From the IMG/VR virus record IMGVR_UViG_3300048599_000816, positions 160,545-194,595 of that record: a stretch of DNA of 34,051 nt. The stretch is one strand, 5' to 3'. Under the pieces are notes generated by a model, which did no database searches, was not told the origin of the DNA, and worked only from the letters and a program-made list of their open reading frames with translations. Each line of letters begins with the position of its first letter. Positions within the stretch are counted from its first letter, which is position 1. Both the position numbers and the translations under genes were made by a program. Source of the stretch: a virus. This document shows, in pieces, positions 8,198 to 17,410 of the stretch.

Positions 8198-9100
8198 TTA
8201 GAAATAAATACAGTCTTCTAGCTTTTTATCTTCTCGTATCTTTATATATCTTGCTTCTTGATATTTATCATCTTTACTATCTTTTTCTGACGCTAACATT
8301 TCGAAAACTTTTCCTACTAAAATTTCTTTATTATTGTACAATATTGTTCTTGTATCATACCCATGTACTGGTACATTCATTATTTTTGTAAGAACATTAT
8401 TTCGTAACTGACCACCTTCTAAAGCAACGATCATCTTTTTCAATTTTGGATCATCGCTCTCTACAAGTCCCATTACAGTCATAAAATAAGTTTGAGGAAT
8501 TTTATAAATTCTCCAAGCTGTACTTTGTTTAAAACTATATTTCGCAGCAAGGTCTTTAAAAACAAAAACCTTTATTTCGTTTCTTAATTGTTCAAAAACA
8601 CTTTTTTTATTTTTGCAAAAACCTGCTTGAATTTTGACTGTTTCATCTTCTTTAAATAATTTATTAAGTATAGTACGTCGATCAAATAAAGGCAAGTTAA
8701 AAACATCTTGTCCTGCACTATATATTATGTCAGTCACGTAAAACTGTGCACTTTTAGCAAGATCATCATCTATCTCACCGAGCTTAAGAAATCTAAAAGC
8801 TTTTGACCTGTCATTCTCAAATGTCAAGTAACCTTCAAACAAAGTTTGTTCAGGTAAATTATTTGCTTTTAATGAATTTACAATGTTTGTCAGACTATCG
8901 ATTTTAAATTGTTCTTTATAGTTTTTTTGCTTTCCATGAAATTTAATTTGACCAGAAGCACATACAAGACCTTGATAGCGAACACCTAAACGTATAGGTT
9001 CCATTATCCATTGGTCTGAATACCAAAACTTGTCTTGGTCACTCTCGTTATCAATAGAACCAACACTCCTTGCTTCCATTAGATTCACAAACTCAACCAT
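8198..9100 (-). CDS. ATP-dependent DNA-ligase-like nucleotidyltransferase (about 300 aa) with an apparently degenerate motif I.
   Basis: WIMEPIRLGVRYQG aligns to ligase motif I (T7-type AEIKYDGVRG) but with K to I and D to L. TLFEGYLTF resembles motif III, YVTDIIYS motif IIIa, PLFDRRTIL the R-rich segment, and FVFKDLAAKYSFKQSTAWRIYKI motifs IV-V. I place the start at the ATG at 9100 (MVEF...). That ATG has a GGAGA Shine-Dalgarno and overlaps the stop of the 118-aa gene (ATGGTTGA). The ORF-track start at 9181 has no Shine-Dalgarno. Confidence 0.5.
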   Translation of the reverse strand: MVEFVNLMEARSVGSIDNESDQDKFWYSDQWIMEPIRLGVRYQGLVCASGQIKFHGKQKNYKEQFKIDSLTNIVNSLKANNLPEQTLFEGYLTFENDRSKAFRFLKLGEIDDDLAKSAQFYVTDIIYSAGQDVFNLPLFDRRTILNKLFKEDETVKIQAGFCKNKKSVFEQLRNEIKVFVFKDLAAKYSFKQSTAWRIYKIPQTYFMTVMGLVESDDPKLKKMIVALEGGQLRNNVLTKIMNVPVHGYDTRTILYNNKEILVGKVFEMLASEKDSKDDKYQEARYIKIREDKKLEDCIYF

Positions 9101-9449
9101 TACAATCTCCAAAAACAAATTGAAATCTAGAAATCTTTCTTTTAAAAACATCTTTAAAAACAAATTTATTCTCATTTGCATAAAAACAAATCATATTAGG
9201 TTTGTCTTTAAAAAACATATATGCTCTACCTGTGTGCAATGCTCCAACACTAGAACATTTTTGTAATAATTGCGTCACTTGGCATTCTATAGATTGCATT
9301 GCAATATTATTTATACAAGAAGTTAAATGATTATTATAGATATGCACAATTTGATTTGAAAAATCAGGTACTATAGAAGTGTCAATACACATACTTTCAT
9401 CAAATTCTATTTGCAAATTATCTTCAAATTTGACAACTCTTGCACGCAT
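9093..9449 (-). CDS. Hypothetical protein (118 aa).
   Basis: ORF track. Its start overlaps the NYN gene stop (TAATG) and its stop overlaps the ligase-like start. Confidence 0.4.
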   Translation of the reverse strand: MRARVVKFEDNLQIEFDESMCIDTSIVPDFSNQIVHIYNNHLTSCINNIAMQSIECQVTQLLQKCSSVGALHTGRAYMFFKDKPNMICFYANENKFVFKDVFKRKISRFQFVFGDCNG

Positions 9450-10057
9450 TATTTCTTTCCATCAAACATGAAAGATTCATCAATTTCAAAAAATTTTGAA
9501 GCAACATTTTTCAACTCTTGTGAAGTAACATTCTTATTAGCAGAAAAAGAATATACTTCTACTTGAATATTTTGCAACTTTAAATACTCTACTAATGCTA
9601 CAAAATCACCATCACCCGAGACTAAAACAACAGTGTCAAGAGCATCTTTCTTAGTGATGATATCTATTGCCATTTCAATATCTAAATTGCCTTTTGCTGA
9701 CCCATCACTTCTTTTTTTCAAATCTTTTGAAACTATATTGTAACCAATCTGTTTTAAAAAACTAACAAAACTTGTATTATCATTATCTCCTTTTACAAGA
9801 TAAGCATTTGAAACACAAAGTTTTCTACCTTTAGTAATGCATTCAGTAAGTTTCTTAAAATCTATTTTTTTCTTAAAATTATCCATTGCACCATAATAGA
9901 CATTTTGAACATCAACAAAAATCCCAACTCTTTCGTCAGGTGTGTTTCTGTTCTCTACTCTTACTTGAAACAAAAAATCCCCTTTAAGGGAATCAACAGC
10001 TTCAAGTAGTTTTTTATAGTTCTGTATTTTACTTTCTTTCATTTTTTCCCTTATCAT
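9449..10057 (-). CDS. NYN (LabA-like) domain protein, a putative RNase (202 aa).
   Basis: VGIFVDVQNVYYG ... VLVSGDGDFVALVEYL ... G..V: this is the conserved Asp pattern of the NYN/PIN-like fold. Confidence 0.6.
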   Translation of the reverse strand: MIREKMKESKIQNYKKLLEAVDSLKGDFLFQVRVENRNTPDERVGIFVDVQNVYYGAMDNFKKKIDFKKLTECITKGRKLCVSNAYLVKGDNDNTSFVSFLKQIGYNIVSKDLKKRSDGSAKGNLDIEMAIDIITKKDALDTVVLVSGDGDFVALVEYLKLQNIQVEVYSFSANKNVTSQELKNVASKFFEIDESFMFDGKK

Positions 10058-10061
10058 ATTG

Positions 10062-12338
10062 TCATTCTACAGTTACCAAACTTCCTTCTTCTGTCTTATT
10101 AACAATAATTTCATTTCCATTAATCAAATCTTTTAAAGATTCAATATGAGTAATGACAAATACTTGTTTATAGATTTTTGATATTTCTCTAATGACTTCA
10201 CCAAATTGTAAAATTCCACGAGCATCAAGTTTAGCAATCTTTTCATCAATTATAAGAGCTTCATGCTTCTTTCCTGCTCTTAATGATAAAAGCTTTGCTA
10301 ATGATAAAACAATACTGAAAACTATACGGACAGTTTCACCACCTGAGTACATTTGCAAATCTTTTGGTTCTTTACCTTCTTCTAAAACCAAAATGTCAAG
10401 TCCACCACCTTTTTTAAACTCACCATCTTGTTTTTTAGGGTCTAGATCAAACTTTATTTTTGTTTTTTCAGAATCTTCATTAAATATTTTTAAAAACTCT
10501 GTTGTATATTTTTCAAGCATTGGTATAGATTCTTTTATAATAGATTTTTGAATTCCATCTTTACCAAATATAGTTGAAAGAATTTGATACAACTTTTTTT
10601 GTTTCATGTTTTCTTCATTGATTTTTGCAAAATGAGCTATATCAGTTTTCATTTTTTCAAATTCATCAATTTTGTTTTTTGTCTCACCAATCTCTTGATT
10701 AACATCATCTATTTCGCTTCTATCTGTCTTAATTTCATCTTCAAGTTTTTCTATTGCAAGATTTATTGCTTTAAATGCTTGTTGAATTTTAGGGTCGATT
10801 TTTTGTTCGAGCTCAATAATATTGTCTTTTTTAGATTTAATTGTTATTTTAAGCTCTTCAATTTGTTTTGTTAAATCTATTTGTTCTTCTTCAGAAGTTT
10901 TCAAATACTCTTCAAAATCTTTTTCTTTTTCTTTAAATGTATTTTCATTGTTAATAATTGTTTGCAAAGAAAGTTTCGCTCTAGAAAGCTTATCATTTTC
11001 TTTCTGCCTAGAAAAAGCTTGTATTTCAAGTTTTCTCTGTTCTTTTTTTACAACATCTAATGAAAGTATTGCTTCGTTAAGAGTTTTATTTAGACTTTCA
11101 ATTTTTCCTTGAATCAAATCTAGTTCATTTTGTTTTGAATCTTTAAACTCGTTCTTGAATTTTTCATCGAGAATTTTACACTCTATTTCAATAATTGGAC
11201 AAATCTTCCCAAATTTTTCAAGTTTTGTCAATGTTGTTTTTATAGCATTCAATTCAGTTTTTAAAACAGCAATATCTTTTTCAATAATTTTTATTTCGTC
11301 GTCATGACTTTTGCAAACACCACTTAATTCTTTTATTTGTTTATCTACAACATCAAGTTCTTCAAGAATCTTTTCTTGATCTTTAATTGTTCGTTCTATT
11401 TGAAGTCTTTCTTCTTTTGAATCTTCAATAGATTGTTTACGTCTCTTATAAAGCTCAGTTTGCGATTTTACTTCTTCAATAGAAGACAAAATATCGCTTT
11501 GAGCGTCTTTGTATGCTCTCTCCAAACTTGTCAGGTCTCTATTGCCCTGAACAATTTGGGTTTTTATTAAATTTTCTGTCTCTATTAAAACATTAATTCG
11601 TTGCTTTTCTTCATTTTGTTGTTTTAACTCAATTTCTTTAGACTTCAATTCGCGTTTTGCTTTTTTCAAAACGCTTTCTAAAGTCTTGAAATTTTGTTTC
11701 ACTTGTTCTTCTTGTTCTAGTTGTTTTTGCTTATCTTGAATAAGATTTATATAGACTTGTATTTTTTTATCTAAATCATCAAATTTCTTACTGCATGCTC
11801 TTGCTGCTTTTTCATATAACTCAATATTAAGCAGTTCTCTAAGGATCTCTTTTCTCTCTGAACTTGTTCCTGTAATAATTTGAAGAGATTCACGTTCGTT
11901 CAAATAAGTTGTTGAACTATATGTTTTTGCGCTCAAACCAAGTATTTCTTCGATTGTTTTATCAGTTTTTTTCCAAGTAGCATCTTTCATCTCATTACTT
12001 GTTGTATCTAAAAAAATTTCATAAAGAGCAGAAGAATTTCTTGTTTTTGATCGAATCGATTTAAAACGTTGACCATCGATTTTAAATATGACTTCAAGAT
12101 ACATCTTTGTCATACTGTCATTTATATAGCTATCTAGCAAATCAGCTCTTCCTGAGCCTTTTCCAAAAAAATTCACAACTATTGCTTCAAAAAGACTAGA
12201 CTTTCCAGCACCATTCGACAATTCTGCGTCATCATTAATTCTACCAAGAACAAGACAAGCTTGAACATCAGACAAATCAATTTCTTGGCGTTTCCTATAA
12301 CTTAAAAAACCTTCAAGTATAATCTTCTCAAGTAACAT
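10062..12338 (-). CDS. sbcC: SbcC/Rad50-like ATPase (758 aa) with a long central coiled-coil.
   Basis: N-terminal Walker A (SNGAGKSSLFEAI). C-terminal signature SGGE followed by Walker B (ALIIDE). The middle is K/E-rich and heptad-like. Confidence 0.85.
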   Translation of the reverse strand: MLLEKIILEGFLSYRKRQEIDLSDVQACLVLGRINDDAELSNGAGKSSLFEAIVVNFFGKGSGRADLLDSYINDSMTKMYLEVIFKIDGQRFKSIRSKTRNSSALYEIFLDTTSNEMKDATWKKTDKTIEEILGLSAKTYSSTTYLNERESLQIITGTSSERKEILRELLNIELYEKAARACSKKFDDLDKKIQVYINLIQDKQKQLEQEEQVKQNFKTLESVLKKAKRELKSKEIELKQQNEEKQRINVLIETENLIKTQIVQGNRDLTSLERAYKDAQSDILSSIEEVKSQTELYKRRKQSIEDSKEERLQIERTIKDQEKILEELDVVDKQIKELSGVCKSHDDEIKIIEKDIAVLKTELNAIKTTLTKLEKFGKICPIIEIECKILDEKFKNEFKDSKQNELDLIQGKIESLNKTLNEAILSLDVVKKEQRKLEIQAFSRQKENDKLSRAKLSLQTIINNENTFKEKEKDFEEYLKTSEEEQIDLTKQIEELKITIKSKKDNIIELEQKIDPKIQQAFKAINLAIEKLEDEIKTDRSEIDDVNQEIGETKNKIDEFEKMKTDIAHFAKINEENMKQKKLYQILSTIFGKDGIQKSIIKESIPMLEKYTTEFLKIFNEDSEKTKIKFDLDPKKQDGEFKKGGGLDILVLEEGKEPKDLQMYSGGETVRIVFSIVLSLAKLLSLRAGKKHEALIIDEKIAKLDARGILQFGEVIREISKIYKQVFVITHIESLKDLINGNEIIVNKTEEGSLVTVE

Positions 12339-12357
12339 AAAAATCCTTGTGTAAGTT

Positions 12358-12396
12358 CTTGTTGTTCCTATAGATTTATACTATAAGAACAACAAG
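12358..12396 (-). promoter_or_regulatory. 16-bp stem-loop immediately upstream of the sbcC ribosome-binding site.
   Basis: cttgttgttcCtatag-atttata-ctatAagaacaacaag. On the minus-strand transcript the single mismatch becomes a G-U wobble. On the plus strand it is a C/A mismatch. Lies between the 103-aa gene stop and AAGGATTTTTATG of sbcC. Confidence 0.45.
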
Positions 12397-12406
12397 ATTG
12401 AACAAA

Positions 12407-12718
12407 TTATTTATTCTGCTTTAACTCAGTAACAATTTCTAAAATTTTGTCTAATTGTTTTTGCATATCACAAAGAACAGGTTCTATTTTTTTCATAAGC
12501 AATTCAGACTGTGTAACTATTGGTTTACAAATTTCAGATTTTCTTTGCAAATTTTGCTTATCTAGATCTTGCAAATTTTCAATAAAACCTAATGTTTGTT
12601 TGTTCATTTCGCCAGCAATTTTTTTAGCGTTTTGTAAAAAATCTGCATTAACTGTGTTGATTTTCAATAAAGCTTCTTGTATCTTGTTTTTATCTATCTC
12701 TCTGTTTTCTTTATTCAT
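12407..12718 (-). CDS. Hypothetical coiled-coil protein (103 aa).
   Basis: ORF track. K/E/Q-rich heptad-like composition. Confidence 0.45.
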   Translation of the reverse strand: MNKENREIDKNKIQEALLKINTVNADFLQNAKKIAGEMNKQTLGFIENLQDLDKQNLQRKSEICKPIVTQSELLMKKIEPVLCDMQKQLDKILEIVTELKQNK

Positions 12719-12732
12719 ACGTGACTCCTAGT

Positions 12733-14922
12733 TTAATAGCCTACTTTTTCTTCGCCAAGTTCAAAAACACATTTGATACCATCAACAACAAGTTCGCAAT
12801 TCTCTCTGCTTGTGAATTCTTTAAACCATTTGCGACCAAGTATGACAGCCATTTTTGTTTTTTGAATATTTGAACGAAGTGATCTCAACTTTTTCTGTTT
12901 CTCTCCAATAGTTTTTTCAAACCATGAAGCAATTTCAGCTTTATCTTTGAGTGTTGCTTTTGCGTTTTCCCACAATGTGATTCCTGTTTCAATCAATGCT
13001 TCTGAAGCTGTTCTTGATTTATTTGAAGCAATCTTTTCCATGACTTTTTTGACAGTGGGCAATGTAGCAATACCTGACAATTTAATATCAAAAGTTTTAG
13101 CCATGTAAAAATCTACAGGGTCAGCTTTATCTGTTGGTGGAGAATAAACTCCTCCTCGTTCAACAAGAATACCATTCTCTTTTAAGAACAAAGCTTGTTC
13201 CTCAGTAAAATTTGATGGTACTTCTTGCTCATCACCAAGAACATCTGACTTTAACCACTTAAGAGCTTTAATCTCACCCTTAAGCTTCTGTTCAGCAAGA
13301 ACATTTTTGCAAAGTTCTTCACCTGAAATATCATCACCAGCAAGAACTCTATTGATTGCAGGAAGTTTTCCAAGATCTATTGCATAAACTTTTGATGTTT
13401 TAAAATCATCATCAACAACAATGCCTTCGTTCTTGAATTTCTTGTATGACTCTTGTGAAGAAGTAAGATAGAACACTTTTGTATGGGTATGACCATCTTT
13501 TACGAAAGTATAGTTTCTAAAAACGTAAGTCGGATATTTGTCAATAAAACCCATTTGAGCTGCAGTTTTACCATTTGCTTCATGAAGGTCTATTGTACCT
13601 TTTATTGAAGTTTGAACTGACAAATTAAGACGACTTTCATGCCATACTAAAGTATTAAATGGACACTTACTTGTTTTATCTGCATAAAACTTGCTGTATC
13701 CGTCTTTTTCAGATGATTTTACACCAATTTTCTCATACGCAAACTTTTCGTGATACGGGAAAAAAGCACTTTCAGAATCTTCTGTTAACATATTTAATGC
13801 ATCATACACGCAAAAAGCGTCAGCTTTGGGAAGATAAGTTGCATCACGTCCACATGTGAATCTTGAACTTACATCATTTACAGACTTGCTTATAAATTCT
13901 TCAGTTTCTCCAAACTCTTCAACCATAAAAGCGTTATTAAGCTTGTCAATGATAGCTTTATCCCCAGCTTTTCCAACAATCTCCATAGCAATATCAGTTT
14001 TAGTTTGTTGACTCATTATCAATGCAGCACCATAAATTGCTTTTGCTAATGAATCTTGATTTGACCCAAAATCTACTTTCAAGAGATCAACTTTGTCCCA
14101 AGACTTTGTGTTTGGTTTCTCTGTTGTAAGATAATAGATTTTTACAGGCTTTCCTTTTTCTGGTGCAACATAAATTTTGTCATCATCAAGAGAAAGCGAA
14201 ACAACACCCTGATCAGTAACAGAAAAAATTGCTAAAGTATTTGAAAATAAAGGTTCGACTTCTTCTTTAGGTTCGCTTGAACTTGACATATCAACAAGTT
14301 TTACAATGTGATTTGTAAATTCTTTGACATTTGAACTGTGAATCAACATAGCACCAAGTTTTTCAGACATTTGCGCCATCAACTCTTTGTTGTAATAACA
14401 ACCACAACCTATCAACATTGCTGTATGAATTTTACCTTTGATTTTTTTGATAGAAGCAAAAATTGTATCTACTTCTTTTTTGTAGTTGCTAACAACAGGA
14501 TAACCATCAGTAAAAAGACAAAGCGAAAAGGTTTTTGATAAAACAGACAAATCGTTTACGACAACATCAGTATCAGTGAGAATTTCACTAAAACATGTAG
14601 TGCCTCTTGTTGTGTTGTTCTTTTTAATTGCAGCTTCAAGCGATTTATAATCAGCATTGTCAACAATTCTAAATCCTTTAAAAACCCAATTAAAATCACC
14701 TTCGCTGCTAAACCAGCCCAATGACAAAGAATCTCCTTTTGGGATCTTCTTTGATAACGTGATAAGTTGATCACAAAGTTCAGTAATCAACCCGTACATT
14801 GAACCTGATCTATCATAGATCCAAATATGATTTACAGGTTCTTTTTTTGCAACAATCTTTTTTGATTTTATTTCTTGTTCAACCAAAACAAGATCATTGT
14901 CAAATTTGACATACTTTGGCAT
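12733..14922 (-). CDS. Large von Willebrand factor A (vWA) domain protein with an intact MIDAS motif (729 aa).
   Basis: N-terminal IWIYDRSGSM (DxSxS), then TTRGTT (Thr), then LCLFTDGYP (TDG) make a complete metal-ion-dependent adhesion site. The remaining roughly 500 aa are unrecognised. Confidence 0.6.
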   Translation of the reverse strand: MPKYVKFDNDLVLVEQEIKSKKIVAKKEPVNHIWIYDRSGSMYGLITELCDQLITLSKKIPKGDSLSLGWFSSEGDFNWVFKGFRIVDNADYKSLEAAIKKNNTTRGTTCFSEILTDTDVVVNDLSVLSKTFSLCLFTDGYPVVSNYKKEVDTIFASIKKIKGKIHTAMLIGCGCYYNKELMAQMSEKLGAMLIHSSNVKEFTNHIVKLVDMSSSSEPKEEVEPLFSNTLAIFSVTDQGVVSLSLDDDKIYVAPEKGKPVKIYYLTTEKPNTKSWDKVDLLKVDFGSNQDSLAKAIYGAALIMSQQTKTDIAMEIVGKAGDKAIIDKLNNAFMVEEFGETEEFISKSVNDVSSRFTCGRDATYLPKADAFCVYDALNMLTEDSESAFFPYHEKFAYEKIGVKSSEKDGYSKFYADKTSKCPFNTLVWHESRLNLSVQTSIKGTIDLHEANGKTAAQMGFIDKYPTYVFRNYTFVKDGHTHTKVFYLTSSQESYKKFKNEGIVVDDDFKTSKVYAIDLGKLPAINRVLAGDDISGEELCKNVLAEQKLKGEIKALKWLKSDVLGDEQEVPSNFTEEQALFLKENGILVERGGVYSPPTDKADPVDFYMAKTFDIKLSGIATLPTVKKVMEKIASNKSRTASEALIETGITLWENAKATLKDKAEIASWFEKTIGEKQKKLRSLRSNIQKTKMAVILGRKWFKEFTSRENCELVVDGIKCVFELGEEKVGY

Positions 14923-14950
14923 ATTAGTACCTTTCTGCTCTTACGAGCTC

Positions 14951-16111
14951 CTAAGTGTTTATAATATCAGCTAAAATTTCTTCACCTGCTTTTAGTACTT
15001 CTTCTTTAAGATCAATTTCAGATTGTTCTACATAACTTCTAAACATTTCAACATAATTAAGTTCTTCATTATGTTTTATTTTTATTTCGCTTTGCTCTTC
15101 ACGAACTTCTTGAATACTTTTCCCTATGTAATTCCAAGACTCTTCTTCAAGAAACTGTTCAAGTCCAGTAAAATTTATCAAACTTTTATCTTTTTCTCTT
15201 ATGACTGCTTTCAATCTCACAATAGATTTACTTAAATCCAAGTCTTGAACTGATTCACAAAAGCCTGCCATTTGCTGTCTTGGATCATCAAGAAGATCAA
15301 CAAACAACGTCTTGAACTCTCTATCTTCTATCTCAATAAAAGTATCTTCAGCGTCACGAACAAAATAAAAACCTTTTTTCTCACCCTCTTCTCCAAAATC
15401 AACTTTAGCAATAGAGCCCACATGTCTACAAAAAAAGTTCATTTCTTGTTGTTTGTGTATGTCACCCAAATATACTTTAGTCCAAACATTTTTATCGAAA
15501 ATTGCTAAAGGAAGAACTCTATTACATTTTTCATCCATTCCCATATCGAAACTTTGACCTGCTACAGATTTATCTGTAGCATAATGCCCAAAAAAGTACT
15601 TAAATTTCTTTTTACTTTGTACAGCTTTTTCAGTCAAACTCTTAATGTTTGTTATAACATAGTCATGAAACTGTTTTGCTTCAATATTTGCATCAAAAGG
15701 ATTAACATGAGGCATGAAACAAAAAATCGAATCTTCAACTTCTATAGCAGTGGGTTGGTCGATGACATAAAGATTTTCTATTTGTGTACTAAGTTCTACG
15801 AGCTCAACAAGATCGTGGCCATGAGATTTTCCTTGATCATGATTGCCGAGAAGTAAATAGATTTTTATGTGTCTATCTAGCGCCCATTCAATTTTTGAAG
15901 AAAGTAATCTTCTAAAAATTTGTGCAGGTCGTTTTGTATGGTAAAAATCACCCAAAATCATCACTGTACTTATTTTATTTTGATGTGCATAATTTAGTGC
16001 TTGTTGAATATTATCTAGAATGTCTTGCGTTCTAGAGTCATAACCCAAATTATTCATTTTACCATATTTGTAGCGACCTAAATGAATATCTGATAATAAT
16101 ACCATTTCCAT
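14951..16111 (-). CDS. sbcD: SbcD/Mre11-like calcineurin-fold nuclease (386 aa).
   Basis: Phosphoesterase motifs SDIHLG, LGDFYH and GNHDQ. Confidence 0.85.
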   Translation of the reverse strand: MEMVLLSDIHLGRYKYGKMNNLGYDSRTQDILDNIQQALNYAHQNKISTVMILGDFYHTKRPAQIFRRLLSSKIEWALDRHIKIYLLLGNHDQGKSHGHDLVELVELSTQIENLYVIDQPTAIEVEDSIFCFMPHVNPFDANIEAKQFHDYVITNIKSLTEKAVQSKKKFKYFFGHYATDKSVAGQSFDMGMDEKCNRVLPLAIFDKNVWTKVYLGDIHKQQEMNFFCRHVGSIAKVDFGEEGEKKGFYFVRDAEDTFIEIEDREFKTLFVDLLDDPRQQMAGFCESVQDLDLSKSIVRLKAVIREKDKSLINFTGLEQFLEEESWNYIGKSIQEVREEQSEIKIKHNEELNYVEMFRSYVEQSEIDLKEEVLKAGEEILADIINT

Positions 16112-16120
16112 AATAAATCC

Positions 16121-16576
16121 TTATGCTCTAGAGTTACTAGACTGATCTGTAATAGGTTCGAAATATGCACGCATATTATTCTGTTCTCTATTAGAGATTT
16201 TCGGTTGTTCTATTTTTATATCCATTTTTTCATGTAAATCACTCGTAACAGCAAGTATTTGATCTAAACACTCAAGTATATATCTATATCGAATCACAAT
16301 TTCATGCCAAACAAGCCCTTTTTGAGCTTCAGCGAGTAGCATTTTTTCTTTTAACTGTTGTTTTAACCAAAAAAGACTATGTTGACCGTCAGGCATTCGT
16401 AGATCAGATTTACTTAGCAAAACAAGAAAATCTTGAATGTCTTCATTTGTAGCTTTTGTAATTTGAAGATTTGGTTTATTTAAAACTTGGGAAAGTAACC
16501 AATTGACAGAAATTTCATCATCAAAGACAAAAACTCCTTCTTGCTCATCATAATGATATTTCTTATCTTGCTTCAT
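16121..16576 (-). CDS. Hypothetical protein (151 aa).
   Basis: ORF track. Stop/start adjacent to the homing endonuclease gene (TAAATG). Confidence 0.45.
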   Translation of the reverse strand: MKQDKKYHYDEQEGVFVFDDEISVNWLLSQVLNKPNLQITKATNEDIQDFLVLLSKSDLRMPDGQHSLFWLKQQLKEKMLLAEAQKGLVWHEIVIRYRYILECLDQILAVTSDLHEKMDIKIEQPKISNREQNNMRAYFEPITDQSSNSRA

Positions 16577-17410
16577 TTATTGACAAGATAGACATCTTTT
16601 TGCATTATGAGCTTTAGCTACAAAAAGATTATTACATTTGATGCATTTTTTTTCATACAACTTGGGATTGTTTTTTTTCGTATCACTAATTTTTTGTTTT
16701 GATTTTTCAGTATGAACCTTTCCAAAAAACGAATTACCTTTACCTTTTGTCCGAGCACTAATATTCTTTTTTACTTCTTCTGAAAACTTCTTACCCTCAA
16801 GACTTTTAGTTATTTTTTGTTTAGACTCTAAACTATGTTTTTTGCCAAACATTCCGTTATTTTCACCAGAAGAAGCACGACTTAATTTTCTTTTATGAGA
16901 TTTAGAAAGAACTCTACCTTTATTTGCATTACTTACTTTATCTTTTGCTTCTTGCGTATGTTTTCGTCCATACATACCATTTTTTTCGCCTGCTCCCTTG
17001 CCTTTTCTGTTTCTTTTTAACTTTCTAAGCGATTTATCAGACAAATTATGTATTCCGTCACCACCATCTGTCAAATTTGTTAAAGGCCCAGTTTTTAAAT
17101 CTATTCTACCAATTGATTTTATTAACTGTATTTCAAGTTTAGAAGCATCAACAAAGCTCAAATCTGTTTTTATTTTAATTCTAAAAGCATCTACACCTGT
17201 TTCTCTTTTAATCTTACAAATTTTATTTGCTTTTAATTTATTTGAGTCTTTATGTTTGTAAGCAGACTGTAAGTGGTGATCTATTCTATTTTCTCTTCCT
17301 AAACCTATATAAAAGGGTTCAAATGAAAACAAATTATCAAAAACAATTGGTTTTCTTGGATCTAAATATGCATAAACATAAAAATCAGTTTTTTGACGAT
17401 TTAATTTCAT
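16577..17410 (-). mobile_element. Free-standing GIY-YIG homing endonuclease gene with three C-terminal NUMOD3-like repeats (277 aa).
   Basis: FYVYAYL ... FYIGLGRENRIDHH is the GIY-(10-11)-YIG motif plus a conserved Arg. The repeats are GEKNGMYGRKHTQEAKDKVS, GENNGMFGKKHSLESKQKIT and NSFFGKVHTEKSKQKIS. No Shine-Dalgarno. The 5' end overlaps the ruvC-like 3' end by 26 nt. Confidence 0.8.

Noticed and set aside
9101-9181. N-terminal 27-aa extension of the ligase-like ORF (ORF-track start at 9181)
   Set aside because: There is no Shine-Dalgarno before 9181 and it overlaps the coupled 118-aa gene by 89 nt. The ATG at 9100 has a GGAGA Shine-Dalgarno and an ATGGTTGA stop/start overlap.
10584-11112. 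Apparent nucleotide-level repetitiveness inside sbcC, and at 19666-19884 inside the SSB-like gene
   Set aside because: This reflects coiled-coil K/E heptads and the acidic C-tail respectively. These are coding low-complexity regions, not repeat elements.
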